Positions 10,882 through 21,219 of a stretch of 64,000 nt of DNA are shown in pieces. The stretch is from Epithemia pelagica. Taxonomy: Eukaryota; Protista; Bacillariophyta. Every line of letters starts with the position of its first letter. Within the stretch, counting starts at the first letter, position 1. Under the pieces are notes generated by a model. That model had not been told where the DNA came from and ran no database searches. It saw nothing but the letters and a program-made list of their open reading frames with translations. The stretch covers positions 744,001 to 808,000 of the forward strand of contig OX337231.1 of the NCBI GenBank assembly GCA_946965045.2, in the 5' to 3' direction. The translations under genes were made by a program, and so were the position numbers.

Positions 10882-12359
10882 TCAATTGGCCAGGTTAAGC
10901 AGGATTTCTGGCTGGTTTCTCATCATGCATACACAGGTCTTGAAGTCATCCGAAAAGTAGAGTGTACATCGACAGTCCATTGCCTTGGTACCACCTCCAA
11001 GCTTAGGGCCACGACAGTCCACTACTAATACCTGGTTGGAAGGAACATCTCGATACTTGCCATTGAATCCATCAAAGCGAGCGACATGCTCCCCAATCTT
11101 GTCGCCCAGTCGCAACAACTCAAGACACCATTGCAACGCCCCAGTAATGTAGAAATCAATCTCCCCGTATTGGTCGCTTCCGTCTACTGTACCGGTTGTA
11201 AATGTATTCAGCTCCGGGACAAGGTAGTTCTTGAGAGGGAGGTGCAGTGATAACGCTTCGTTAAACAGATGCTGAAAAGCTGCCTCTTTCGGGAAACCGT
11301 CGTGCAGGGTGGCTCTTAGTCTTGTGGCAGAAATCGACTGCACGGCACGTATCACTAAATCATCCAAGCTAGGCGGTGTTTCGGTTGCTCGATTTGGAAA
11401 GCAGCGCCTGCTGTAGTACCATTGCGAAGCAATACAGGAGAACTTACCGTGTGAGTCGAGGATGCCTGCCCGGACAAAAGGTGCAAGTGGTGGGTTCTCT
11501 TGTAGATCGCGTATGTCGTCATCAAGCAAGACATCCACTATCCGATACTGCGCCTCCCGCCCAATACGAGCAGGCAGTTAGAAGCATCGGTCCAAACGAT
11601 TAATGAAGTGCTCCGATCGACAGTAGCTTCGACCAATTCGAGCGCGCCCGGACTCTTTCTTGCTTCCTCCAACATCCTCACCCCGGCCATGACGGTTCCA
11701 ACGTGGTGCATTCCGTCGCTGAGTTTGCTAACTTTCAAGAGAGTATCTGCATAGGTTTCCCAGGATTCGTAGCCCCATACCTTCGCAAACATGAGAAATA
11801 ACTCATTGGCTTCCTCGCGACTAATGTTTTCATGGACATGGGCCAAGTCCTTGAATTGTACGGGGGAATCATGCGTTGCCAAATCGTACGTCGCCCCGAT
11901 AACCACAAAGACATTATTACTAACATCAGCCGCTTGCACGTCCTTCACAACATACTCCCAAAACGGAAAATATTCCTCTCCATAGGCTGACTGCGCATCA
12001 TCCAGCATCAACCAGGTGTTGCGTAGCTGTTTTAATTTCGACGTACCGGACGCCGGAAATCCCTCCTCCGCGAGGATGCTAAAAAGCGTTCCGAGCCCAC
12101 GATGTCTAGGCGAGAACCTGATAACCGTTGCTTCATCTCTTTCCACAATCTGTTCAACCAATTGTAGCAGGGATGTTTTACCAGTAGCTGGGGAAGATCC
12201 TACGACAACGTGTTGGCGTTCTCTAGCGGTGGAGATAATTCGGTTCACAACATTTGTTCTTTTCAGGTGGTTGCCCTTCAACGCAATTCCGTCTGTCCTA
12301 AGCACAGGTGACGACACCTGCTCCTCACGTGGTCTTTTTGTCGACGGAGTCGTATCCAT
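10882..12359 (-). pseudogene. Crinkler/CR-like P-loop NTPase + restriction-endonuclease-fold gene, disrupted
   Basis: VVVGSSPATGKTSLL (Walker A), WLMLDDAQ (Walker B), then EAAFQHLF...LVPE...GEIDFYITGALQWCLELLRLGDKIGEHVARF (REase-type). A frameshift near 11615-11640 and an in-frame TAA at 11578-11580 split one gene (..EHFINRLDRCF*LPARIGREAQYRIVDVLL..). Confidence 0.7.
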
Positions 12360-12436
12360 AGTTTGCTGAGACAGTGTTGATCCTGTCAATGGTATAAGCG
12401 CAACAGGAGATAATTGAGGTTTTGCGTGCTTGTAGA

Positions 12437-12565
12437 ACGTTAGTGGCGTCGCGTGGGGTTGTGTGTGACACCCTCGCGGTGGCGACGTTGCCCGCAATGC
12501 GCGCTATATGCGGTCGCGCGAGTCTGCACGCTTGCTGTAGATTTCTGTCGGATTTTCTGGGGACA
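12437..12565 (+). repeat. Direct repeat A, copy 2
   Basis: Homologous to 8093-8233; followed almost directly by segment B' (12598-13294). Confidence 0.8.
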
Positions 12566-12998
12566 CTGCCACCATGATGTCGGGAGTCGGGTTTGTACAA
12601 ACGACCATGATGTTGCAACACATGACCATGACCAGGATGGGCCGACAGGAGGAACGTCCGTCGATGGAGAACTAATTATTTTGATTCCCAATGCGGCTGA
12701 CATCCATGGTGCCTTAGGATGGATATTTTATAGGAAGAAGTGTCGGCTGCTAGAAATTCTCGAAAGAGGGGAAAGAGACTGTGTTTCGCCCATCCAAACA
12801 CAACGTTTGTGTGTGCAACTCTCGAGACTTCACTCCAAATGCGATTGTACTTGGCCGGTTCTCGTCTCGTTTCCTGTCCATCAAACCAAGGGGCTAGAGA
12901 AAGTTCAAGATCGTCCCGTTTCGAAAAAGCAACAATTTAACCAATGTCTCCTCCTGCCCCAACTGCGCCATCCTTGTCATTGTGTGTTTCTCATTGTG

Positions 12999-14264
12999 TT
13001 ACGAGAGCAACAATCGACATCCATGTGTGGCATCCAAACATTTGATACAGGGTGTTCCGGCATGATGGTTAATGAGATAGCGTTGTCGCAATTGATCAAA
13101 ACAATGATGCATAAGTGTCGTGGCTTGCTCCAAACTCATGTTGGGATGATAATTCTGATCCAAAATGGACCACACAAAGGCACTGGCCAATCCATGAACA
13201 CCATATTCCTTCATTCGTTGCAAGGAACCATATTCGTCCAACCAATACAAGTGGGGACGTAATAACCCTTTGGTGGTAGTTGTGGGGGTGGATGGACTGG
13301 CAGCCGACGAAGAATCCTCATGGCTTTGTTGGTTATCGCCATCAACATCTGGAACATTTGGGGTAGTGGAATGATTCGCGAGTGTGTCCTGTCGATGTTC
13401 CTGTGCTTGGGAAAGTACCGGTGATCCTTGCTGCTGCTGCTGCAAAGCCCTTGTGACTTGTTGTCGAACACGCCACGACAAAGAGGATTCGTCGCTATTA
13501 TTCTCCTTATCCTGCTGTGTTTGATCATTCGTATTGTCGTCGGGCATCATTCCAGCCACCAACAGACAAACGTTGCATGGTAATGAGGATCGCAATCGCT
13601 CGTAAATGTACTGTCGTGCACAGTGTGCCGTGGCCTCGACCGTCACTGCTCCTCCTCCTCCTCCTCCCGGCCTCGGTGGTGGTGCCACAGGATACAGTCG
13701 TGGCTGATGTTGCGGCTGGTTCCTTGGTTTCCAATGCATTCGAGTTTGAGGAGGATCAAAATGATGATTGTAGTAGTCGACATCGCAGCCCACACTGGCC
13801 TGATATTCTTGCAGGGTACCCATGGCCTTGAGATATCCCACCAACCGATCCGCATCGGCTGTATCTCCTGCCACTGCTGCAGCAATCGTTTGTTGTTGTT
13901 GTTGTTGATTGGAGAGACGATGTGGACGTAGGAGTGGTACTGGTGGTGCCTGCTGGTTGTTGGAATCGTCTCGGTCCTCCTGTACTGCAACAGTTTGGGT
14001 CACTTGTTGTGGTTGTGGTTGCTGTTGTGCGTCCGACTCGGGAAAGGGATTGGTCAAGACGGCAATCTTATCCACATGGGTGGCCGTCCAGGCAATGGAT
14101 CCACCGGCCAAGGCCGAATCAGCCCCCAACAGGACAAAATCGCGACCGACAATTCCAATCAAGGTTTCCGTTTGAGCCGCCGAGGATTCTGCCTTCCAGG
14201 GCGAAAGTATCAGGATCAGTAATATTACTGAGACAATGCTACGACGGTGAGTATCCATGGACAT
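12999..14264 (-). CDS. 20S proteasome beta-4/PSMB2-like subunit with N-terminal signal peptide and low-complexity insertions
   Basis: ETLIGIVGRDFVLLGADS, AVAGDTADADRL, AHCARQYIYERLRS, CNVCLLVAG, PHLYWLDEYGS, HGLASAFVWSILDQNYHPNMSLEQA; preceded by MSMDTHRRSIVSVILLILILSPWKAES. Confidence 0.8.
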   Translation of the reverse strand: MSMDTHRRSIVSVILLILILSPWKAESSAAQTETLIGIVGRDFVLLGADSALAGGSIAWTATHVDKIAVLTNPFPESDAQQQPQPQQVTQTVAVQEDRDDSNNQQAPPVPLLRPHRLSNQQQQQQTIAAAVAGDTADADRLVGYLKAMGTLQEYQASVGCDVDYYNHHFDPPQTRMHWKPRNQPQHQPRLYPVAPPPRPGGGGGGAVTVEATAHCARQYIYERLRSSLPCNVCLLVAGMMPDDNTNDQTQQDKENNSDESSLSWRVRQQVTRALQQQQQGSPVLSQAQEHRQDTLANHSTTPNVPDVDGDNQQSHEDSSSAASPSTPTTTTKGLLRPHLYWLDEYGSLQRMKEYGVHGLASAFVWSILDQNYHPNMSLEQATTLMHHCFDQLRQRYLINHHAGTPCIKCLDATHGCRLLLS

Positions 14265-14548
14265 GGTGCTTGACCTCTCCTGTCGTGTCCTCATGGTTGT
14301 TCTCTGTGTCCGATCTTTACCAAAGATTTTTGGGTCCCTTCGAATCATTTGAGTCGCATGTAACTCGCTTTCAACGAAAGCATCTTTGTACACTATTACA
14401 GATCCATCTCTACTCTGGTTATGACCACATGACCATGAGGTTGCCATTTCCGATGGTTCATTAGAGGCAAGAAGCATTCACTATATCAATCAACACCCAC
14501 CACCAGCAAGGCCAACAAATGTGTTTGCTATGTTGATTCCACTTCATT

Positions 14549-16069
14549 ATGAATAACATTAACAACAATACGCACACTCTGAAACACTGCCACCGCCACA
14601 AGCCGACCGACCGCCAGGCTTGTCGGTATCGAACATCATGCGGCTCCAGACTGTTACTGCTCATGGTTTTGGTCGGACAGTTTGTGCTTGTGGTGGCCAT
14701 GTTCTATCCCCAGCTGAATATGGCAATCGCTCTTGGAGGAGAATCGTCGCCGAGTGACATGGATTTGATTTTACAGCTACTGAAGCACCAGCCCAAGAAT
14801 AAAAATGAGAGCAATGTATTGTCGTCCTCCACCTCATTGTCCTCCACAGCTGGGGAGGAAACTATATCCTCCTCCTCCTCTTCATCCCCATTTACCGTCT
14901 TTTGGAATCTCTATCTCCCCTCCGATCTGGATAAAGCAGGAAGAGTTTTGGATGCCATGCGCGAACAAGTCCATCAAGTCGCTCGATCTGCCGCCAAGGA
15001 ACCGCTGGTGCTCAAGTATGTCACAATTGGCAACCTGTCTCTCATCATGAACAATCAAATGATGACCACTTTGGTCGATCAAACCTGTGCGAAATACTCC
15101 AATATTGAATGTCATCACATTAAGCATGTCGCCAACGGCTTTGAAGAAGTCACGCTCGATGAATTGTACGATCAGTGTATGACAAATGACAACGACTACA
15201 ATGCCAATGTGGCCTACATACACAACAAGGGTTCCTACAATCCTGAGGGTCGGTTTGATCGCGTGAAAAAGAAAACTGAACGCCAAGATGCGTGGCGACG
15301 ACACGGTACAGCAGCTGCCCTTCATCCACACTGTCGTAACTTGTCGAACTCCTCTTCCCCTTCTTCTTCGGTTTCGTTTTTGGAAAGCAACAAGAAGAAC
15401 AAAGCATTGACAGAATGCAACGTGTGTGGTTTGTTTTGGGCTCCTCTTCCCTGGAATCATGCATCAGGAAACTTTTGGACAGCTCGTTGCGATTACGTTC
15501 GTCAATTGGTACGACCATCGTCGTTTCTTCAGCGAATGGATCACTTGGTGAACCATGTGTATCTGCCAATAGTGAATCAAGGTCGTCTCCTGGTGTCCAT
15601 CAATCGTATGCTAATGGGTCAATCGCGTTATTCCATGGAAGCATGGGTGGGGTCTCATCCTACCGTGCGCCCCTGTGACATGTCCACCGATCCAGATATC
15701 CGAGATTGGATCCATTATGATCGTCTCAATGCGACAGCTCCCCTTGACGATCCGGACGGTACCGACACGGTGATGAAGTGGGCCTTGTTTCCTCGACATA
15801 ACTTTTGGACCAGTGTGGCTTATTCGAAGCCACGATTCCGTCCAAGACGATACAAGAAAGTGGAGACTCGGCTTCTAGATTACAATGTATTAGGTGGTAT
15901 GTTGTTGCGATGGAAGGATGTCTATGGTGAAACGACAATGCCTCCCGACGATTCCTGGATATGGTCCTTTTACCCGGATGGAGAGGTGTGGAAACAAGGA
16001 CTGAAAACTCATGGCATGGCCAAGGTCTACGAAGCCATTTCGAAACCCTATTGGCCGGCCTCTCAGTAA
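14549..16069 (+). CDS. Uncharacterised type II membrane protein, paralogue 1 (intact); possibly glycosyltransferase-like
   Basis: 506-aa ORF with one N-terminal hydrophobic helix (LLLLMVLVGQFVLVVAMF); FEEVTL, YIHNKGS, CNVCG, GNFWTARCDY and EAWVGSHP conserved in all three copies in the window. Confidence 0.7.
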   Translation: MNNINNNTHTLKHCHRHKPTDRQACRYRTSCGSRLLLLMVLVGQFVLVVAMFYPQLNMAIALGGESSPSDMDLILQLLKHQPKNKNESNVLSSSTSLSSTAGEETISSSSSSSPFTVFWNLYLPSDLDKAGRVLDAMREQVHQVARSAAKEPLVLKYVTIGNLSLIMNNQMMTTLVDQTCAKYSNIECHHIKHVANGFEEVTLDELYDQCMTNDNDYNANVAYIHNKGSYNPEGRFDRVKKKTERQDAWRRHGTAAALHPHCRNLSNSSSPSSSVSFLESNKKNKALTECNVCGLFWAPLPWNHASGNFWTARCDYVRQLVRPSSFLQRMDHLVNHVYLPIVNQGRLLVSINRMLMGQSRYSMEAWVGSHPTVRPCDMSTDPDIRDWIHYDRLNATAPLDDPDGTDTVMKWALFPRHNFWTSVAYSKPRFRPRRYKKVETRLLDYNVLGGMLLRWKDVYGETTMPPDDSWIWSFYPDGEVWKQGLKTHGMAKVYEAISKPYWPASQ

Positions 16070-16452
16070 CGACTGGCAGTCCAAGGTGCTTCGCAATCCA
16101 ACACCAGCCGCAACATAACTGTTGGTTTGTCCTTCAATCATGCAACAATCGGCACATGATGCTTAACGTCTCGAAAAGCAGTTCCACATCCTACTGGGAT
16201 CCGTCCCCCGTCTGGCTAGAACCTGTTACCTTTTGACTGCACCAAACACAATGTATCATTAAAAGGGCTACGATGATCGCAATGCGATAAGTATGCAAGA
16301 GCAGAGGAAATTCTTCAGTGCCGATGCTAATTATGAGATATAAAGAAATTCCAACATGTTAACGGAAAGAGCAGTTCAGGGCGCGACGGGACACTGAGGC
16401 AACACTGCATGTCTGTTTTAGGGCGGAAAACTTGCATCCCCAGTGGTCATTG

Positions 16453-18306
16453 TCATGGAAGGGTGTTATTCGGCCAACTCTCACAGTCACTCCGTTCGAG
16501 ATGGCTACTCTCTGCAATTGGAGACGAGCAAAAGAACCCAGCCAAGTTCTGTTTTTCGCACTGAGCAAGAGTTTTGGGTTCCCGACAATCCAGATTGTGG
16601 TAGACGAGAGAAGCTCCTGACTGACGTAAATATTCCGTACTGACTTCAATGAGCTGCATCGGACCCTCCCAAGAATTCTGTAAGAGCCAATATTCTGTCC
16701 CATCTGCTATGCGATACCCGAGAAGGATCATTGCATGATAGACCATTCCATCTCCTTCTCCAGGCTCATCAGTTTCCCAAGACCCGCTAAAACTTTCATC
16801 ATCAAGGTTATCGTCGTCCATAAGGTGGGACCAATCCTCTTCAGAGGGATTCTCGTCATCTTGATTCACAAAGGTCGATGCGTTGTCAATGGATACCCCC
16901 TCATTGGGTGTAATTTCATAGTCAAAGCTGGAACTCTTTGAGAAGGAGGCAGCGACAGTAGTGAATGTATCGTCGTCTTTGTCATCGTTTACGGATCCAT
17001 TCAAGGCTGCCTGCCATTTTACACGTAAAGCAGCTTCCTGATCTTTCAGTCCTGAATCAACGGGATCATTCAAAAGAATAAATTCGGCCGGTTCATCCCA
17101 CCGAGTGAACCGGGAAATTCCATGAGGAATCAAATGCGGAGGTATTTTATCCCAAACATTCTTCTCGATCACTTGCTCTGTATTCTCAATTTTGCATAGA
17201 ATTTGATCCAATTCAGGACAAAGTCTCCTTGCACTTTCTGATGGCGGTTTGCACCAAAAGGTTTCCGTGACTTTAAATCTGGACACCAAGATAGGTTGCT
17301 TTCCAAGTATGCTGAATATGAGTTGACGATCCAGCTCTCTTGACAAAGTAGATGCCGACTTTACCTCCGGTGCATGGGTGTCCGGTCCACAGGTAAAGAA
17401 TTTCTCGTCCAGAATTTGGAAGATACCCTGGGAATCCCCGCCTTTGTTATCAACAATATACTTCTTGAGCTGCTCATCGGTAAAGTGATGTCGGATCAGC
17501 CGTGACACATTGGTAGGAGGCACACATTCGCCAAAAACGCTCAAAACGTATGACATGGCCACACATGGTGCTTGAAGGAAGCAACTACCATGCTTTTGGA
17601 CTCGAAAGTAAAAGGTCACATTCGATGTATCTTCAAAAAACTCTGTTGCTCCTGTTTGTTGAAAGTAGCGGTGAATGGACAAACAAGCCCGGATATAATG
17701 AATACGATGAACCTCCTCATCGGATAGATCAGTATCTCCATCAGTGTTCATCACTTGCAAGATGCATTGTCGACTAGCTGGTCTCAACATGGCTTTGACA
17801 GCAGCGATTCGGTCCGTCTCGCTTCCATTTCTCATAAAGCTGCGACCATAAAGGAAGAGAAAAATACGACAAAACTCAAGAGGGAGCTCGACTTTGTTGC
17901 CATCATCCCTGATCTTATACCATTTCACCTCTTGTCGGTTGTTCACCCACTCAACCCGTATGCAAGGCCAATCGTTTATGATCGCGCTCACTGCTTTGTC
18001 GAAAGATTTCTTCCTCTTCTCAGGTACTTTGGGAGGCGAGAGATCATGATCTTCATATGATGCTCTCCTTGTCACCACAGAAGTGTTTATGGGATCCCCT
18101 TTCTTCTTCGAAATCTGGGGACATTGCGTTGGAGATTGTAAAGGTGTCATTGTTGGATGCAAATTTATGATGTGTTGTTTCGATGACCACCGCGATATGT
18201 CGTCTTTGCGGCGGGAATGGTTTTTCCTACTTTTCGTGGTGACGCGATGGGTTTTAATTGCTGCTTTCGCGATGGGTTTTGATTTTAATGGCTGAACACG
18301 ACTCAA
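16453..18306 (-). CDS. Papain-fold (C1-like) cysteine peptidase with long basic N-terminus
   Basis: Catalytic pattern in order: VQKHGSCF (Gln/Cys), HAMILLGY (His), WLLQNSW (Asn); no signal peptide or recognisable I29 prodomain. Confidence 0.7.
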   Translation of the reverse strand: MSRVQPLKSKPIAKAAIKTHRVTTKSRKNHSRRKDDISRWSSKQHIINLHPTMTPLQSPTQCPQISKKKGDPINTSVVTRRASYEDHDLSPPKVPEKRKKSFDKAVSAIINDWPCIRVEWVNNRQEVKWYKIRDDGNKVELPLEFCRIFLFLYGRSFMRNGSETDRIAAVKAMLRPASRQCILQVMNTDGDTDLSDEEVHRIHYIRACLSIHRYFQQTGATEFFEDTSNVTFYFRVQKHGSCFLQAPCVAMSYVLSVFGECVPPTNVSRLIRHHFTDEQLKKYIVDNKGGDSQGIFQILDEKFFTCGPDTHAPEVKSASTLSRELDRQLIFSILGKQPILVSRFKVTETFWCKPPSESARRLCPELDQILCKIENTEQVIEKNVWDKIPPHLIPHGISRFTRWDEPAEFILLNDPVDSGLKDQEAALRVKWQAALNGSVNDDKDDDTFTTVAASFSKSSSFDYEITPNEGVSIDNASTFVNQDDENPSEEDWSHLMDDDNLDDESFSGSWETDEPGEGDGMVYHAMILLGYRIADGTEYWLLQNSWEGPMQLIEVSTEYLRQSGASLVYHNLDCREPKTLAQCEKQNLAGFFCSSPIAESSHLERSDCESWPNNTLP

Positions 18307-18495
18307 AAATCAAAAACACATCCCATATCACATTGCATCCGACGGGGCCACAAACGTTGGTAGAAACAGGAGATGTGGAGGACAGGTTTGGTGGGTTCTC
18401 GGCACCGTTACCAAAAAGTTTGTTGAGAAGTTGAGAAGAAGGCGGCTGGACGAACCATGGCAATTTGGCATTAATCCATAAAATGTGTATGATCC

Positions 18496-19586
18496 ATGGA
18501 AAGAGAAATCGGGGGTGAATTTGAACAATGCCACAGGTTCACGGACGCCGACGCCGGAAAATCTGGAACAGACCTCGCAACTCGCAACAGCAACGTCGTC
18601 CAACCTCCAACGTCAAAGAAACTATGTGAGGCGGTAAAGAACAGAGCGATGATCAATGTCGAAATTGATAGAACAACGCTTGTCGCCAGCGACACAGTCA
18701 ACATGTTAGTCAAGCACTACGCACAAGCAATTCCAGGCAAAACGTAGGTCTGTTACGGCAAATCAGGCTGCGGCAAGACAAGGGCTGCTGCACATCTACT
18801 GCACAACAGTGACGACAAAGATTGCCCGAAACGAGCAGTCATGGTTAACGCCGAGGGGAGCAAAGACTTTGCCAAGGACTTTTCTATGCAACAAAATGCT
18901 GCCAATGCTGCCCCTCACCTTGTCAACATTCTTTGCGCAAGTAAATTTCAAGAAAAGAAAGATGCTGCAAAAGATTTCGGTACGAAGGTATACAAGGTCT
19001 GGAGTGGCTTCTGTCGACTAGGAGAGGGTTGTTTCGCACCGATGGTTGACGAACCAAGCATTTGCCTACAAGACAGCCGCCGATTGATACAAATCAGTAG
19101 AGGCCGTGAAATATCTAGCCGTTTCGACCTTCCTACTTTGATCATTGATGATTTGCCTGAGTCGGAGGCAAACGATCGATTCGTCAACCGGCTCTATACT
19201 CGAGCGTATGCTGAGAAGATTTCGGTCCTGATACTCACCAAAGATGATCAGTGGGCAACTAAAATGATAAAGGATATCAACGGCGGAGTGAAAATTCTTC
19301 CTGTGGATGGAGAGATTGAAAATCCCAGGGGAAACAGTGTTGAACCCTTTACTGAAGTACCAAGATGGACTGGAATGGGTTGGAATCTAGCTGATCTCCA
19401 ACTCTTCGCCTTGAAAATCCCAGGGGAAACAGTGTTGAACCCGTTACTGAAGTACCAAGATGGACTGGAATGGGTTGGAATCTAGCTGATCTCCAACTCT
19501 TCGCCGCGAGTTTGGGACCCCCCGACATCTCTGCAGAACTAAGAGATGGTATGACACCAGATGCAGTTGTCACATTACATTTGTAG
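18496..19586 (+). pseudogene. P-loop NTPase, disrupted
   Basis: ORFs 18496-18747 and 18841-19485 share a frame; reading through TAG 18745-18747 gives VCYGKSGCGKT (Walker A); LPTLIIDD (Walker B); a 95-bp tandem duplication shifts the C-terminus. Confidence 0.7.
19316..19505 (+). repeat. 95-bp tandem duplication (19316-19410, 19411-19505)
   Basis: Two copies of ttgaaaatcccagggg...caactcttcgcc differing at one site that I could see (ccctt/cccgt). Confidence 0.95.
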
Positions 19587-20060
19587 CACTTGTTCTAGGG
19601 TAAGGAGAGTTCTGGGTGGGAAGAATTTGTAGAATTGGACCAGATGGATTGTGATGAAATCACCGAGTCGGCTATTTCCCGCCGCCGTCGTCCGAGCGGC
19701 TCGAATGGCAAGTGTGTCAGGAGTCCGCGTCTGTCGCGTACGGTCAAGGGTGAAGAAACTACATTGGGTTTCTTGATCTGGGACTTCTTCACGGAGATGA
19801 AACGTTGCTGGCAGCAGCCAATCGACGACGACCCAAATGCCTTGGAACAGTAGGAGATTGTCCTCTTCCTTTGATCTTTCTGGCTCCGCCACCAACGAGA
19901 ACCGTAGTAGATGCATGGGGATTGCCATGATTACACAACGATACTCATCACAGTCACGAATGTCATGATCATGGTATTTGTTCTTCTCGTTTTCGTGATT
20001 GGGAACGTCCTTCTCTTGCTCTTGTTGTCCCCCGAAAGTGATCTCAGCATTATCTTTCAT
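19575..20060 (-). CDS. Hypothetical protein
   Basis: 161-aa ORF with no recognisable motif; fills the gap downstream of GILT. Confidence 0.25.
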   Translation of the reverse strand: MKDNAEITFGGQQEQEKDVPNHENEKNKYHDHDIRDCDEYRCVIMAIPMHLLRFSLVAEPERSKEEDNLLLFQGIWVVVDWLLPATFHLREEVPDQETQCSFFTLDRTRQTRTPDTLAIRAARTTAAGNSRLGDFITIHLVQFYKFFPPRTLLTLEQVLQM

Positions 20061-20328
20061 GTCGACTCATTCTGGGTGATACATTATGTCCTCAGTATGG
20101 TCTTGTTGTCGTGTTCGTTCGAATGCATCTCGCCTGGCCTATGGCGGGTGCCTATCTCACCCAAATGGAAGGGGAGCGGTTGGAAAGGCGATGGAGAGAG
20201 CGCGAGGAGTTTGATCCATCTCGCTTACCTAGGTATCACCTACTTTTCCTATACCCAACCTTGTTCCATACAAATGATTAACGAGTGCTTCTATTCTATT
20301 TCCAACTCTTGGTATCTCCTCTGGGTGG

Positions 20329-21219
20329 TCATTGTCTCGCGAGTGCTACTGTCCCAGTCCCAGTGTCGTTGTCGCATGGGAGAGGCCCTTGGTGTGTGGT
20401 CGAGAAGGCGTCACAAATGGCTTGTAACAAACTGGTGGTTTCGGATACGTATTGTCCATTGATTTCAATCCATGGGACATGATCATGATACGAGGGCGTT
20501 TGATATGAGGCTTGTACTTGCAAGTCCCACGCTTCCAAGGGATTCTCGTGACAGGCTTGAATCATGGACCAGGGCAGGGCGGCTTGACGGGCACATTCCG
20601 CGAAACTGGCAGGGGGAAAGGGTTCATCGGCATGTCCCATGGGCAAGGTTTGATAGACACATGCCACAAAGGGCAAATACCGAGAGGGTTCGGGGAATTG
20701 ATGGAGTGCACATTGCAACAGACTGTTCGTACTGCATTCTCCTGCTCCATGTTGACACGTCACACTCTGCGTGTTGAGATCCAGTTGCGCATTGCCATAG
20801 ACAATGAATTGCCACTCCACATCTTGTAAATACGACAAGGCATGGTAGGTGGGTACCAATTCATTCAAGACAAAGTGTTGACAATCAATGCACAAGGACT
20901 CGAGCAAAATCTTGACCGTTACTGCGTTGGAGGAATGTTCCTTGTCTTTTGGTGGTTGTTGTTGTCGTCGTGGTGGCAACGACTTGACGACGAGGTGTCG
21001 CGTATTGGTAGTCGAACTGGACGGTCGAAGTTGGGAATCGTGGTGGTTTGTGGTGGTGGTGGTGGATGTGATTTTCATGGTACTGGCCGACGGCTCTTGA
21101 AAAAAGGGACTCGATCGAGATCGAAACAAACTGCCATGAACCAAAATACAGGCTACCGCAAAGGCTGCAATGCGACCGGGTATCACCAAAGGATGCGAAG
21201 GAAAGACGGTCAAAATCAT
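20329..21219 (-). CDS. GILT family thiol reductase
   Basis: VTVKILLESLCIDCQHFV (CxxC), IVYGNA, CQHGAGECSTN, VPWIEING; N-terminal hydrophobic anchor after ATG 21219. Confidence 0.85.
   Translation of the reverse strand: MILTVFPSHPLVIPGRIAAFAVACILVHGSLFRSRSSPFFQEPSASTMKITSTTTTTNHHDSQLRPSSSTTNTRHLVVKSLPPRRQQQPPKDKEHSSNAVTVKILLESLCIDCQHFVLNELVPTYHALSYLQDVEWQFIVYGNAQLDLNTQSVTCQHGAGECSTNSLLQCALHQFPEPSRYLPFVACVYQTLPMGHADEPFPPASFAECARQAALPWSMIQACHENPLEAWDLQVQASYQTPSYHDHVPWIEINGQYVSETTSLLQAICDAFSTTHQGPLPCDNDTGTGTVALARQ

Noticed and set aside
18745-18747. In-frame TAG as programmed read-through or pyrrolysine
   Set aside because: The same gene has an independent frameshifting duplication, and Pyl is not known in eukaryotes; a nonsense mutation is simpler.
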